Shown here: positions 40,938 to 50,419 of the stretch, piece after piece | How positions within the stretch are numbered: position 1 is the first letter of the stretch | Layout of the letters: each line of letters begins with the position of its first letter | Source of the DNA: Fibrobacterales bacterium | GTDB taxonomy: Bacteria > Fibrobacterota > Fibrobacteria > Fibrobacterales > JAOPTW01 | Length of the DNA: 64,000 nt | Assembly: GCA_051532055.1 (NCBI GenBank) | Contig: JAOPTX010000042.1 | Location: 85,730 to 149,729 of the forward strand | Reading direction: 5' to 3' | Translations under genes and position numbers: made by a program | Notes under the pieces: model-generated | The model's database searches: none | The model's input: the letters and a program-made list of their open reading frames with translations, nothing else | Told to the model about the DNA's origin: nothing

Positions 40938-43232
40938 ATGCATACTCATAGAGCAAGAGCACTTTTCACACTTCTCATAAGTGTTGGAATACTTTATTCA
41001 GCAGGTGATCCTGGTGATTACACATTCGAACTAGCTCCTGACGCTGCATCCCAGGGACGTGGCGGTGGTAGTGCTGCCGAAATTAATGCTGAAGCACTCT
41101 ATCACAATCCCGCAGGTCTCAGCTTTAACATTTATAACAGTGTAACCATTGGACGTCAAGTACGTGAGTCATTTGATCTTACAACATTCTCCTATATACA
41201 TCCTTTTACCAATGCTGGAGTGGTGGGTATTGCTTTCTATAATGATGCACTCTCTTCGGTGCATAATCAATATTCTGAATTTGGTGAACATATTGGTTCT
41301 GATCAGGGCGGAGAAAGGGAGGTAGTCATTGGGTATGGTTATAACTTTTTAGATATGATTGGGGTAGGCTTAAATTTTAAAATGGCTCATCAAGAGGTAG
41401 CTTCGTATACCGACATGGGGTTTGGCTTTGACTTGGGTTTGTTGTATAATTATCAACGAACGTTTATGGCGGGCGTGAGTCTCGTAAATTTATTTGGTCC
41501 TGAAATGCAGCTGGTCAATGTCAGTGAATCATATGCAACAGTCTTAAAGACTGCTGTTGCAAGTCACCTTTTAAACGAAATATTAGTAATGAGTGCGGAT
41601 GTCGATATTGTAAATATTCTTGGGGGAGAGGATCCACTGGGTAATGAACTGAAACGCTCGAGTAGGTATCGCCTTGGAGTCGCTTTTTCTCCTATTAAAT
41701 ATGGTACAATACGTACAGGAGTGAATGGGGTTAATGTGGTTCGAGGTATTACTGATGATGTATGGTACTCTGTTGGAGCAGGTCTTACCGTCAATAACTT
41801 TTCGGTTGATTATGCTTTTTCAACCTCGTTACTTTCAGACGATGCAGAAATAGGCATGGGTTCCAATCACTATGTGAGCCTCAATTACCTTATAGGAAAA
41901 CCCTATGAAAAAGAAAAAGAGGATCTCATCCAACGAGTAAAGGACCTTGAATCGCAAATTAGTCTCAATAATGCCCGTCAATCATTTATTGACAAAGAGT
42001 ATAAAGATGCCCTGAATCAAATTCAAGAATATCTAGTAGTATATCCAATGGACAGTAGTGCACTCGAGTTTAAATCAGAAATCAGAGGAGAGATCAATCG
42101 AGAACGTGTAGTTATTCTCGAGATAGAGTTTATTGAAACGATAAATAACAACCAGTTAATTAAAGCCAAAGCGATTATTGATGACATAGTACTTCTGAGC
42201 CCTCAGTATGAAAATTTGCCAGAATTACAAAAATCATTGGTCACCGCAGAACAAGTTGAAACATTATTTACATCAATTAAAAACTTAACTCCTGACAGTG
42301 AACCAGTAAAAATTATAGAAGGATTAGTTCGCATCTATGAATTAAATCCTGACTTTGCACAAGGAGCTTCTCTTGAGAAAACAGCGAGACCGTATTACAA
42401 TCAATTAAAAGCCAAAGAACTATATACAACTGCAAGTAGCCTCTTTTACGAAAAGAAAGATGTACAAGCAGCTCATCAAAAGTTAAAAGAGGCATTAATT
42501 CTCGACAAAGATAATAGTGAAGCCAAAAAGCTGTATGAGGAACTTACGAGTAAATTAAGAGCCCAGTTGCTCAAACAGGCGGCATCTGGAGATGAAGATG
42601 CGGTGCTAGAACAAATGGTTGCTCTCGATTTAGATCAACAAATTATTGAAGCCAACAATCTCTTTGATGATAAAGATTTTGAAAGTGCTGAAGTAGTGCT
42701 TAATAAAATTCTTCGTAAAAACAGTGCTCATCCTGGTGCAACGGTACTTTTGGAAAAGGTTAAAAAAGCATCCTATACCCAAACAGCAAAAGCAAGCTAC
42801 CAAGAAGCGCTCTTAGCCTTTAATAGTGGTGACATGAAAAAAGCATTTGCACTGGTATCCAAAACAATTGAGATCGATCCAATTCACACAAAAGCAATTG
42901 AACTTAAAGAAAATATGATTGCAACCACCCTAACTGATGCAAGAAATGCACTGGAATCCTTTAGAAAAAGTCAAGTAAATACAGACCTTAAACTCGCACG
43001 AGATCTCCTTGATGCGCTTATTGAAGGTGGCACTAGTACAGAAGAAATTACAGCCCTGCAACTCGGTGTTTCTACTGAAGAACGCGTTCTTTCTGTTCTT
43101 ATACAAATAGAAAATGGTGAATATAAAAACGCCGAAAAAGAACTCAATGATATTTTACTCAGCAACCCTGATAGTAAATCGGCAAAAAGTGCATTTGAAA
43201 TGCTGAATGAACTTAAGGAGATTTTACAATGA
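40938..43232 (+). CDS. PorV/PorQ-like outer-membrane barrel fused to a C-terminal TPR-like helical region
   Basis: 'PDAASQGRGG...AEALYHNPAGL', 'GFGFDLGLLY', 'GVSLVNL', 'SVDYAF...NHYVSLNY'; then about 440 aa of helical TPR-like repeats. Confidence 0.75.
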   Translation: MHTHRARALFTLLISVGILYSAGDPGDYTFELAPDAASQGRGGGSAAEINAEALYHNPAGLSFNIYNSVTIGRQVRESFDLTTFSYIHPFTNAGVVGIAFYNDALSSVHNQYSEFGEHIGSDQGGEREVVIGYGYNFLDMIGVGLNFKMAHQEVASYTDMGFGFDLGLLYNYQRTFMAGVSLVNLFGPEMQLVNVSESYATVLKTAVASHLLNEILVMSADVDIVNILGGEDPLGNELKRSSRYRLGVAFSPIKYGTIRTGVNGVNVVRGITDDVWYSVGAGLTVNNFSVDYAFSTSLLSDDAEIGMGSNHYVSLNYLIGKPYEKEKEDLIQRVKDLESQISLNNARQSFIDKEYKDALNQIQEYLVVYPMDSSALEFKSEIRGEINRERVVILEIEFIETINNNQLIKAKAIIDDIVLLSPQYENLPELQKSLVTAEQVETLFTSIKNLTPDSEPVKIIEGLVRIYELNPDFAQGASLEKTARPYYNQLKAKELYTTASSLFYEKKDVQAAHQKLKEALILDKDNSEAKKLYEELTSKLRAQLLKQAASGDEDAVLEQMVALDLDQQIIEANNLFDDKDFESAEVVLNKILRKNSAHPGATVLLEKVKKASYTQTAKASYQEALLAFNSGDMKKAFALVSKTIEIDPIHTKAIELKENMIATTLTDARNALESFRKSQVNTDLKLARDLLDALIEGGTSTEEITALQLGVSTEERVLSVLIQIENGEYKNAEKELNDILLSNPDSKSAKSAFEMLNELKEILQ

Positions 43233-44497
43233 TCAAGTTACTCTCTATACTCATATGCGTGTGTTTACTCGTAGGTACAAGCCCTGCGCAAGACCAACAA
43301 AATCTAGAACAACTCTATACGAGAAAAGCCGTTAAAGCTTTTGTCTCCAAAGACTTTAACGCCTCTATAGAGAATGTTAAACAAGTTCTCAGAATTAACC
43401 CTAACAATAACCAAGCAAAAAAATTATTGGCTAAAGGGTATTACTTCCAGTCCAAACAACTCTTTGCTGCTAAAGAGTATTCATTGTGTGACGCAATGCT
43501 TGATGAGCTTTTTGTAATCAGTCCAAAACACCAGTTGGGCCTTTCACTACGAGCCAAAGTTAAGCCCCTATTGATAGTTCAGCCTACAATGCAAGCGACA
43601 CAAGAGCAAAGGGGCAGGTCACCTCAACAGATACAACAAATACCCAGTCAAATTATAGTTAAAACTGATGATGGGGGTAAAAGTGAAAAGATGATCTCTG
43701 CTTTTTTAGCACAATCAGATATGCAACGAGAAATTCAAGCACGTAAAGACTCCCTTTCGCGTCTTCAAAATATTGAACTCATAAACCTTATGAAAGATAG
43801 AGATGCTGAAAGTTCAACGAAGTTCAATAAAACCTTCATTTGGGTCGCTATAATCATTATAGGAACTATTTTCATCATTATCGCGGTCGTGTTTTTACTT
43901 GCAAAAATGTTCATTAAAACATCAGAATTACAATCAGCGCAACAATATGAAGTATTACAAAATTTATTATCTCAAGGTCCAGTAATGAATGAGTCCACCC
44001 TCAAACTTACTGCTACTTCTGGTAGTACCGAAGCAGACCTTGATAATGATGATGATCTAAAACGTGCAAATGCTGTTGAGGCCATAGCAGAGGATCTCGC
44101 TGGGTCCGAATCAGTCAGTGATGAACATAAAGAAAAAATTGAAAAAGTAAGACTTCTCCTAAGTGACAGCAATAATAGGGTTAGGGCAAATGCGGCAAAA
44201 GTTATTTATGCCATTGATAGTGAAGCTTCACTAAATTGTCTCAAAGAAATGGTCTTTTCTACAAGTAAACGTCAAAGTGCCTCAGGAATTTGGGCTCTTG
44301 GTGAAATCCACTCCAAAGAAACACTGAGTATTATACTGGATAAAGTAGCTGAGAATGATGATGATGAAATTATCACACATAATTTACTTAATGCACTAAA
44401 AAAGGTCGAGAGCGATGCAGGAGAAGAACTCGATGAAGACGACCGACTTACGATAGTTAAAACATTAGAAGTGTTGCAGAGTAAAGAGAATGGGTAA
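43229..44497 (+). CDS. Membrane protein: signal peptide, TPR, coiled region, one TM helix, HEAT-like repeats
   Basis: 'VLRINPNNNQAKKLLAK'; TM 'FIWVAIIIIGTIFIIIAVVFLL'; 'LSDSNNRVRANAA', 'SGIWALGEI'; ATGA overlap. Confidence 0.75.
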   Translation: MIKLLSILICVCLLVGTSPAQDQQNLEQLYTRKAVKAFVSKDFNASIENVKQVLRINPNNNQAKKLLAKGYYFQSKQLFAAKEYSLCDAMLDELFVISPKHQLGLSLRAKVKPLLIVQPTMQATQEQRGRSPQQIQQIPSQIIVKTDDGGKSEKMISAFLAQSDMQREIQARKDSLSRLQNIELINLMKDRDAESSTKFNKTFIWVAIIIIGTIFIIIAVVFLLAKMFIKTSELQSAQQYEVLQNLLSQGPVMNESTLKLTATSGSTEADLDNDDDLKRANAVEAIAEDLAGSESVSDEHKEKIEKVRLLLSDSNNRVRANAAKVIYAIDSEASLNCLKEMVFSTSKRQSASGIWALGEIHSKETLSIILDKVAENDDDEIITHNLLNALKKVESDAGEELDEDDRLTIVKTLEVLQSKENG

Positions 44498-45845
44498 AAA
44501 TTTCTATGAATTACTGGGGGTGGAGTCAAAAGCTACAGAACCCGAGATAAAGCTTGCCTATCGAAAACTTGCTATTCAACTACATCCAGACAAAAACCCA
44601 GAAGGGAATACTAAAGAGGCATTTACTGAAGCGGCTCGAGCCTATGAAACATTATATAATCCAGTAACTCGTGCAGAGTATGATGATTCACTAAAAACGG
44701 GTTCTCATAGACCTTCAGCTGTATTCCGGGGTAATAAAGCAGGTGGCCCAGCATTTGATTTTGTTAATGCCCTTCGTCAATTCATGAATACTGTATCAGA
44801 AGGGTCTTATACAACTGAAAGCCAAGACCTTCTCAAAGGAAAAGATATCTCACTCAAGTTTGCAGTAACACTTGAAGACATCTATTCCGGTGGTGACAAA
44901 ACGATCAAACTCAATAGAAAGATGCACTGTAAATCGTGTGCTGGAAAAGGGTCAAATGGCGGGAGTGAAATCACTTGTCAATATTGTGCAGGACACGGAA
45001 AAGTACTCGATCCCAATTCAAATTCTGCTGTGTTATGCCCAAACTGCCTAGGAACTAAAACACAATTTTCTGACCCTTGTATGGACTGTAAAGGCAAAGG
45101 CATTTCTGAAGCATCTGAAAAAATTACTTTCTCAATTCCAAAAGGAGTAAGTTCCGGAAATATGATTGAGATTTTAGGTAAAGGACATTCAGGAGTTCGG
45201 AATGCTATTTCCGGTAACTTAGTGATAACCTTTATGGAATCTATTGATGAATCAATTCAGCGGAATAATGCAGATATTTACAGAAATGTAAATGTCGATA
45301 TGTTTACTATGATTCTAGGAGGTAAGGCTTCATTCCCTCATATCACAGGAGAAGATATTGTCATTGATATTGTACCGCACTCACAGGTCGATACCTTAGT
45401 TCAATCTATAGGGTATGGATTGCCTTACTACAATGATATTAAAGTAGGTGACTGCTTTTGTAGACTCAAACCACAATTACCTGAAAATCTCAACGATGAT
45501 CAGATCGCTCTTTTTAAAGAGATCCAACAACACATCTCTATTCGCCATCTACCTGATAGTCATTCTGAAAACGGATGTTTTATTATCATTCTTAAGCCAC
45601 AAAATAATATGGTTGACCTGGCACAGGATGTTTTAACAGTGCTTGAACAACGCCCTGATGGGGAAGAAGTCGTCATTGATGTAACTAGTTTTGGAGACGA
45701 TATATCAGACGTATTACTCTCATCATTCATTAAGGTTACTAAAAAGCTTCCTGAACAAGAAAAGCTCCTGTTGGCCGCAAGTGATGAAGTCGAAACTATT
45801 ATTGAAGAGCTTGGTTTGGGTGACTTCTTAGAAGTCATGATGTAA
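44490..45845 (+). CDS. DnaJ (class A-like) co-chaperone with an extra C-terminal STAS-like domain
   Basis: 'FYELLGV...AYRKLAIQLHPDKNP'; four CxxCxGx(G/K) motifs; DnaJ C-terminal domain; ~95-aa extension 'VVIDVTSF..ISD....VETIIEELGLGDFL'. Confidence 0.85.
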   Translation: MGKNFYELLGVESKATEPEIKLAYRKLAIQLHPDKNPEGNTKEAFTEAARAYETLYNPVTRAEYDDSLKTGSHRPSAVFRGNKAGGPAFDFVNALRQFMNTVSEGSYTTESQDLLKGKDISLKFAVTLEDIYSGGDKTIKLNRKMHCKSCAGKGSNGGSEITCQYCAGHGKVLDPNSNSAVLCPNCLGTKTQFSDPCMDCKGKGISEASEKITFSIPKGVSSGNMIEILGKGHSGVRNAISGNLVITFMESIDESIQRNNADIYRNVNVDMFTMILGGKASFPHITGEDIVIDIVPHSQVDTLVQSIGYGLPYYNDIKVGDCFCRLKPQLPENLNDDQIALFKEIQQHISIRHLPDSHSENGCFIIILKPQNNMVDLAQDVLTVLEQRPDGEEVVIDVTSFGDDISDVLLSSFIKVTKKLPEQEKLLLAASDEVETIIEELGLGDFLEVMM

Positions 45846-45877
45846 AATACTCACACTCCATTTCCCCTAAAATTATT

Positions 45878-48112
45878 TTATTCTGGACACCCGTCCTCAT
45901 CCATAAAGCTATTGAATGTTTCATGTTTATTAGGGCATTGATCCTTAATATCTATAATTCCATCACGATCATTATCAGGATCAGGGCACCCATCTTCATC
46001 TTCAAATCCATCAAAATCTTCCGTAGATTCAGGGCAGTTATCAAGGTGATCCGGAATCTCATCGTTGTCCACAAATTCAGGGCAGCCGTCATCATCATTT
46101 ATACCATCTAAGTCTTCAGGTATTGATACACAACGATCAAAATTATCTAAAATGCCATCACCATCATTATCGAGTTCGGGGCAGCCGTCTTGGTCAAGAT
46201 ATCCATCAATATCTTCAGCACTTAAAGGGCATAGGTCTAGGCTATCAATAATTCCATCATCATCATTATCATATTCAGGGCAACCATCCTGATCAAGGTA
46301 TCCATCAATATCTTCAGGTATCATTTTACATTGATCGAGTGAATCCAGTATATTATCATTATCATCATCTAAATCAGGGCATCCATCAGTATCCAAGAAT
46401 GAGTCTTTATCCTCAGCATCATAAGGACAAGCGTCACGATGGTCAGGAATACCGTCCTCATCATGATCCGTTATTTCACAATCCTCAATATCATTGTCCC
46501 TGCAAAATACTACCCGCTCAAAATAAGAACTATCAATAGAGTGATTAGCAATCATGTCAGGCTTTTTCCACCATGCATCCAAAAACCGAATATCTTCATT
46601 AATGGAAATTCCTGCGTTATCAACTTCATACCTGCTATTAATCCGGTTTCGTGTTGAAAATCCAATATGGATTAATGAATTTGTATACTGTGCAATTTGA
46701 GAGAGATCCATTGATAAATGTATTCCAGCCTCTATACCACGATCAAAATTAAATCGTATCGAAACCTCTGCATTAAAATCCGGTCCTAAAGGGTGATTAC
46801 CCACAAGACCCACTGCAGTGGTCGTATCTTTGTAGGTTCCCCCTTCTAAATACCACTGGACTCTACTCATAGATCCACTAAGTGGGGGGTGTACAGGGAC
46901 TTTCGCAATCCGATACATCATAAAAGGACTATTTTGAAGCTCTTCTTGATTAATCATTCCTAAAGAAAATTCCATTGGCCTCCAATTAAACAGAGAAACC
47001 TTCTGCCCCCACAATACACCACGTGCATTATAACCAAAATAACCAAAGGACACTTGGGGGAATCGAATCGACATAAAATTGTTTGAGTATTTAACAGGTA
47101 TTTCATATTGTAACACTCGTCTCGACCAATAGGATATACTCGTCAAGTCATTCTCATGAGCAGATAGTAGGGGTAAATTAAATGTGTTAACCCACATAAG
47201 ATTGGGGACTCCTGTTTCAACGGCAATATCACTCTCAATACCTATTCTATACGCAAGATTTTCTTGATAGCTTCCCACTAAATCCGGTTTTATATCAATC
47301 CATATAATAGGTTCTTTAAAATTCATTCTTTTTTTGATTCGCTCAAGATCTGGATCAATTGTTTTAAAGTTCTTAGTGTATTCAAAGCCCACAACAAATG
47401 AACTCATATGATCGGGATAGAACCGTGTTGAAGCACGACCAAGCATAATACTCAAACCGGTATAGGGGTGTTTTTCAAAGCTAGGGCGGAGCAGTAAAAA
47501 CTGACTTAATTCAAAACCGAGATCACTCAATTTATTTTCAAATATTAAGGAATAACTCCCATTATCGATAATTCCATTCAGAAAGGCGCGAATAGGAGTA
47601 TAAAGCTCCTTTTGGGGACTCTCTTTAGTATAACGCTGATACACAGCCCCTGTTTCAAATATTATTTTTGTTTGAAAAGGGTAAAAATTTGTTGAACCCA
47701 CAAAGAATAGATTCCCAATAAAGTTGTGTTTATTAAGTAAATCTGTGGTTCCGATACTCAGTAGAGGTGAGTTGCCTGAAAAGCGTTCAAATTGGTATTT
47801 TATTGCCAAACGGGGCACATAAAAATTATCCCCATCTGAAGTCATCGTTGATATAACAGTGCCCATTTCAAGATTATTGAGTAATGCAAGGTTAAAACCA
47901 CCATTGAATGATTGGCGAGTAATATCTGGATATGGACTATAATAAACAGGAAGGATATTGCCAAAGCCCGTAAAAGTACCACTCGGCTTAATGGATGCAG
48001 ATGGTGTTGTGTGGTATCCATACAACCCGTCAATGGATATAAACTGTCCCATCAACAGAGTCGTTGACACAGAAATTAAAAGTATAAGAGATCTAACGTT
48101 CACACGACTCAC
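45878..48112 (-). CDS. Outer-membrane beta-rich protein (YjbH-like start) with C-terminal thrombospondin type-3 repeats
   Basis: 'GLYGYHTTPSA'; six ~33-aa units 'DxDxDGIxDxxDxCP..EDxDGxxDxDGCP'. Confidence 0.7.
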   Translation of the reverse strand: MSRVNVRSLILLISVSTTLLMGQFISIDGLYGYHTTPSASIKPSGTFTGFGNILPVYYSPYPDITRQSFNGGFNLALLNNLEMGTVISTMTSDGDNFYVPRLAIKYQFERFSGNSPLLSIGTTDLLNKHNFIGNLFFVGSTNFYPFQTKIIFETGAVYQRYTKESPQKELYTPIRAFLNGIIDNGSYSLIFENKLSDLGFELSQFLLLRPSFEKHPYTGLSIMLGRASTRFYPDHMSSFVVGFEYTKNFKTIDPDLERIKKRMNFKEPIIWIDIKPDLVGSYQENLAYRIGIESDIAVETGVPNLMWVNTFNLPLLSAHENDLTSISYWSRRVLQYEIPVKYSNNFMSIRFPQVSFGYFGYNARGVLWGQKVSLFNWRPMEFSLGMINQEELQNSPFMMYRIAKVPVHPPLSGSMSRVQWYLEGGTYKDTTTAVGLVGNHPLGPDFNAEVSIRFNFDRGIEAGIHLSMDLSQIAQYTNSLIHIGFSTRNRINSRYEVDNAGISINEDIRFLDAWWKKPDMIANHSIDSSYFERVVFCRDNDIEDCEITDHDEDGIPDHRDACPYDAEDKDSFLDTDGCPDLDDDNDNILDSLDQCKMIPEDIDGYLDQDGCPEYDNDDDGIIDSLDLCPLSAEDIDGYLDQDGCPELDNDGDGILDNFDRCVSIPEDLDGINDDDGCPEFVDNDEIPDHLDNCPESTEDFDGFEDEDGCPDPDNDRDGIIDIKDQCPNKHETFNSFMDEDGCPE

Positions 48113-48159
48113 AACTATAAAGGTAACTGTTCCTCTATAGGTTTTCGGCTTTATTTAGC

Positions 48160-48693
48160 TTATCGTTTAGAACCTTTCGCAATAAGTCGATTTTTTTTAA
48201 GATTTTCCATGTAATAGAGGGATGCAAAAAAACAAATACCCCCTATAATTGTTGCGAGCACCGTCATACCGACCATAAAACTCACAAAATGAAGAGTATT
48301 TTCGGAGGCAAGAGCTGCAAGTCCTCTTAAGGTTTCACCGTAACTCTGCAACTCTGTCAAAGAAAATCCCTGAGATATTTTTTGGAAAATCGTTAGAAAT
48401 TCAAAAGGGGGCGGGTCAATAATAGCAGTCCCGATAGCGTATCCCCCAGGATAGAACAGAGGAAATTGGGTTGCAGGATTTGCAATAAAAGAAGAAGTAA
48501 CTCCCGGTATAACAGGAATATGTATGATTTTACAAACGAGTACCGTGAGGGCAATGGCAATACCAATAGTTGGCATTACACCTATCCAGACACCAAGAAA
48601 TATAGAGAGTGCTACAGGGAACGACTGCTGATCACGAGGAAACAGTTTGTAGCGATAATATCGGACAGCGCGAGTGATTTTTTCTCTATTCAT
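48160..48693 (-). CDS. DUF2062 family membrane protein
   Basis: 'VALSIFLGVWIGVMPTIG', 'FIANPAT..PLFY...YAIG'. Confidence 0.8.
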   Translation of the reverse strand: MNREKITRAVRYYRYKLFPRDQQSFPVALSIFLGVWIGVMPTIGIAIALTVLVCKIIHIPVIPGVTSSFIANPATQFPLFYPGGYAIGTAIIDPPPFEFLTIFQKISQGFSLTELQSYGETLRGLAALASENTLHFVSFMVGMTVLATIIGGICFFASLYYMENLKKNRLIAKGSKR

Positions 48694-48842
48694 AAAGTGG
48701 CTAGATCAGTTCAGTATGATCATATTCTCCTAAACAGCCAAAATTTAACTTATTCCAAGAGGATGTGATTTAAAAAGGGGTATTAATTTTGTATTTTTGC
48801 ACCTAAAGAATGATTTATTACCCTACCTCTCAGGAGACTTCT

Positions 48843-49730
48843 GTGTCAGAGACTACTCATCGAAAAGATACTATTATTCGATCCACTGCCGAAAAGGCGC
48901 CCTTTAGAGTTGTCGTCATTGATTTTACCAATACAGCAAATAAAATTGGAATGATACAAGGGGCTGAAGCTTGGACCCTTTCACTTCTTGCAGAGGCTTC
49001 TATCGCATCACTCATGCTCTCTTCATCTTTAAAGGATAATGGAACGGTAAGCTTTAAAGCTGAGTTTTCAGGTGACATTAGCTATGTAATGGCTGATTCA
49101 ACACCTGCTGGACTGGTTCGTGCTAAAATTCCTCATCAGGAAATTGATGCAGCGGGTGACTTTGAACTCCTATTATCACCTCAAACTATTCGAGTCAAAA
49201 AGTACAACAAAGAAGCTAAAATGCTATCTGAAGGTATCGTTGAGATGACTCACCCTGAAATTAGTAAATCTCTCGCGGCATACTATCTCAATTCTGAGCA
49301 AACAAAGTCTGCAGTTGGTATTGCTACTAAATTAAAAGAGGGTACTACTAAGGAACTTGAATTTGCTGTAGGGTTTCTTGTAGAGGCTTTTCCTGATATT
49401 GATGATAAAACAACAGCCATTCTTGAACAAGTCATTGTTAATATGAAACCATTTGGAGATTTCAGTACACCTGATGGCTACGATATTGAAGGACTCCTTT
49501 CTGAACTTTATGGCCCGTTTACACCCGTTATTCATGCAACGCGAGACCCAGAATTCAAATGTTTTTGTTCAAAAGAGCGCTCGCTCAACTCACTACAAGC
49601 TTTAACGAAAGAAGACATTGAAGACATTATTACAAAAGGCGACGATACAGAAATAATCTGTGATTATTGCCGAACACAGTACCTATTCACCCCAACTGAA
49701 ATTCAAGAACAACTTAAGGGAGCGGAATAA
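48843..49730 (+). CDS. hslO: Hsp33 redox-regulated chaperone
   Basis: 'YYLNSEQTKS', 'GFLVEAFP', zinc motif 'CFCSKER...CDYC'; GTG at 48843 follows AGGAG (ORF track starts at 48810). Confidence 0.9.
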   Translation: MSETTHRKDTIIRSTAEKAPFRVVVIDFTNTANKIGMIQGAEAWTLSLLAEASIASLMLSSSLKDNGTVSFKAEFSGDISYVMADSTPAGLVRAKIPHQEIDAAGDFELLLSPQTIRVKKYNKEAKMLSEGIVEMTHPEISKSLAAYYLNSEQTKSAVGIATKLKEGTTKELEFAVGFLVEAFPDIDDKTTAILEQVIVNMKPFGDFSTPDGYDIEGLLSELYGPFTPVIHATRDPEFKCFCSKERSLNSLQALTKEDIEDIITKGDDTEIICDYCRTQYLFTPTEIQEQLKGAE

Positions 49731-50341
49731 TGGCTATACAAAAAATTATTACCCTCGATTTAGAAGGCGTTCTCATTCCGGAAGTGTGGATCGAGTTTGC
49801 AAAAAAAACAGGAATTGAAGAGTTAAAATTGACCACTCGTGACATCCCTGATTATGACGAGTTGATGCAAGGGCGTCTCAATATTTTAAATGAAAACAAC
49901 TTCAAGCTCAGTCAAATACAAGAAGTTATAGGAACACTCGAGCCACTCAAAGGTGCAAAAGAGTTTCTTACTGAGCTACGTTCCATCACACAGGTTATCA
50001 TCTTATCTGATACCTTTGTAGAATTTGCAGTCCCTTTCATGAAGCAGCTCGATTGGCCAACCATTTTTTGTCACAATCTTAAAGTTGAGAATGATGTCAT
50101 TGTTGATTATTGTCTAAGACAGCCAGACCAGAAGAAAAAAGCAGTCCAAGCACTTACGGGGCTAAATTACTCTATCTGTGCTGCAGGTGACTCGTTTAAT
50201 GATACAACAATGCTTAAGGAGGCAGAACTCGGCATTCTCTTCAAATCCAACAAGGCGATTCAGGATCAATTCCCTGAACTTCCTGCCGTAGAAGAATATC
50301 CTGATCTCATGAAACTCATAAAGAATTTCCTTAATCAGTAA
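49730..50341 (+). CDS. thrH: Phosphoserine phosphatase/homoserine phosphotransferase ThrH
   Basis: 'LDLEGVLIPEVW', 'TTRDIPDYDELM', 'ILSDTF', 'AAGDSFNDTTML'. Confidence 0.93.
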   Translation: MAIQKIITLDLEGVLIPEVWIEFAKKTGIEELKLTTRDIPDYDELMQGRLNILNENNFKLSQIQEVIGTLEPLKGAKEFLTELRSITQVIILSDTFVEFAVPFMKQLDWPTIFCHNLKVENDVIVDYCLRQPDQKKKAVQALTGLNYSICAAGDSFNDTTMLKEAELGILFKSNKAIQDQFPELPAVEEYPDLMKLIKNFLNQ

Positions 50342-50419
50342 TTTCTAAGAATTAAATTCTTTAGTGCCGCCCGTCATATCCGTAAAAGGCATACTATTAA
50401 TAGGAAAGATCAAACAACC

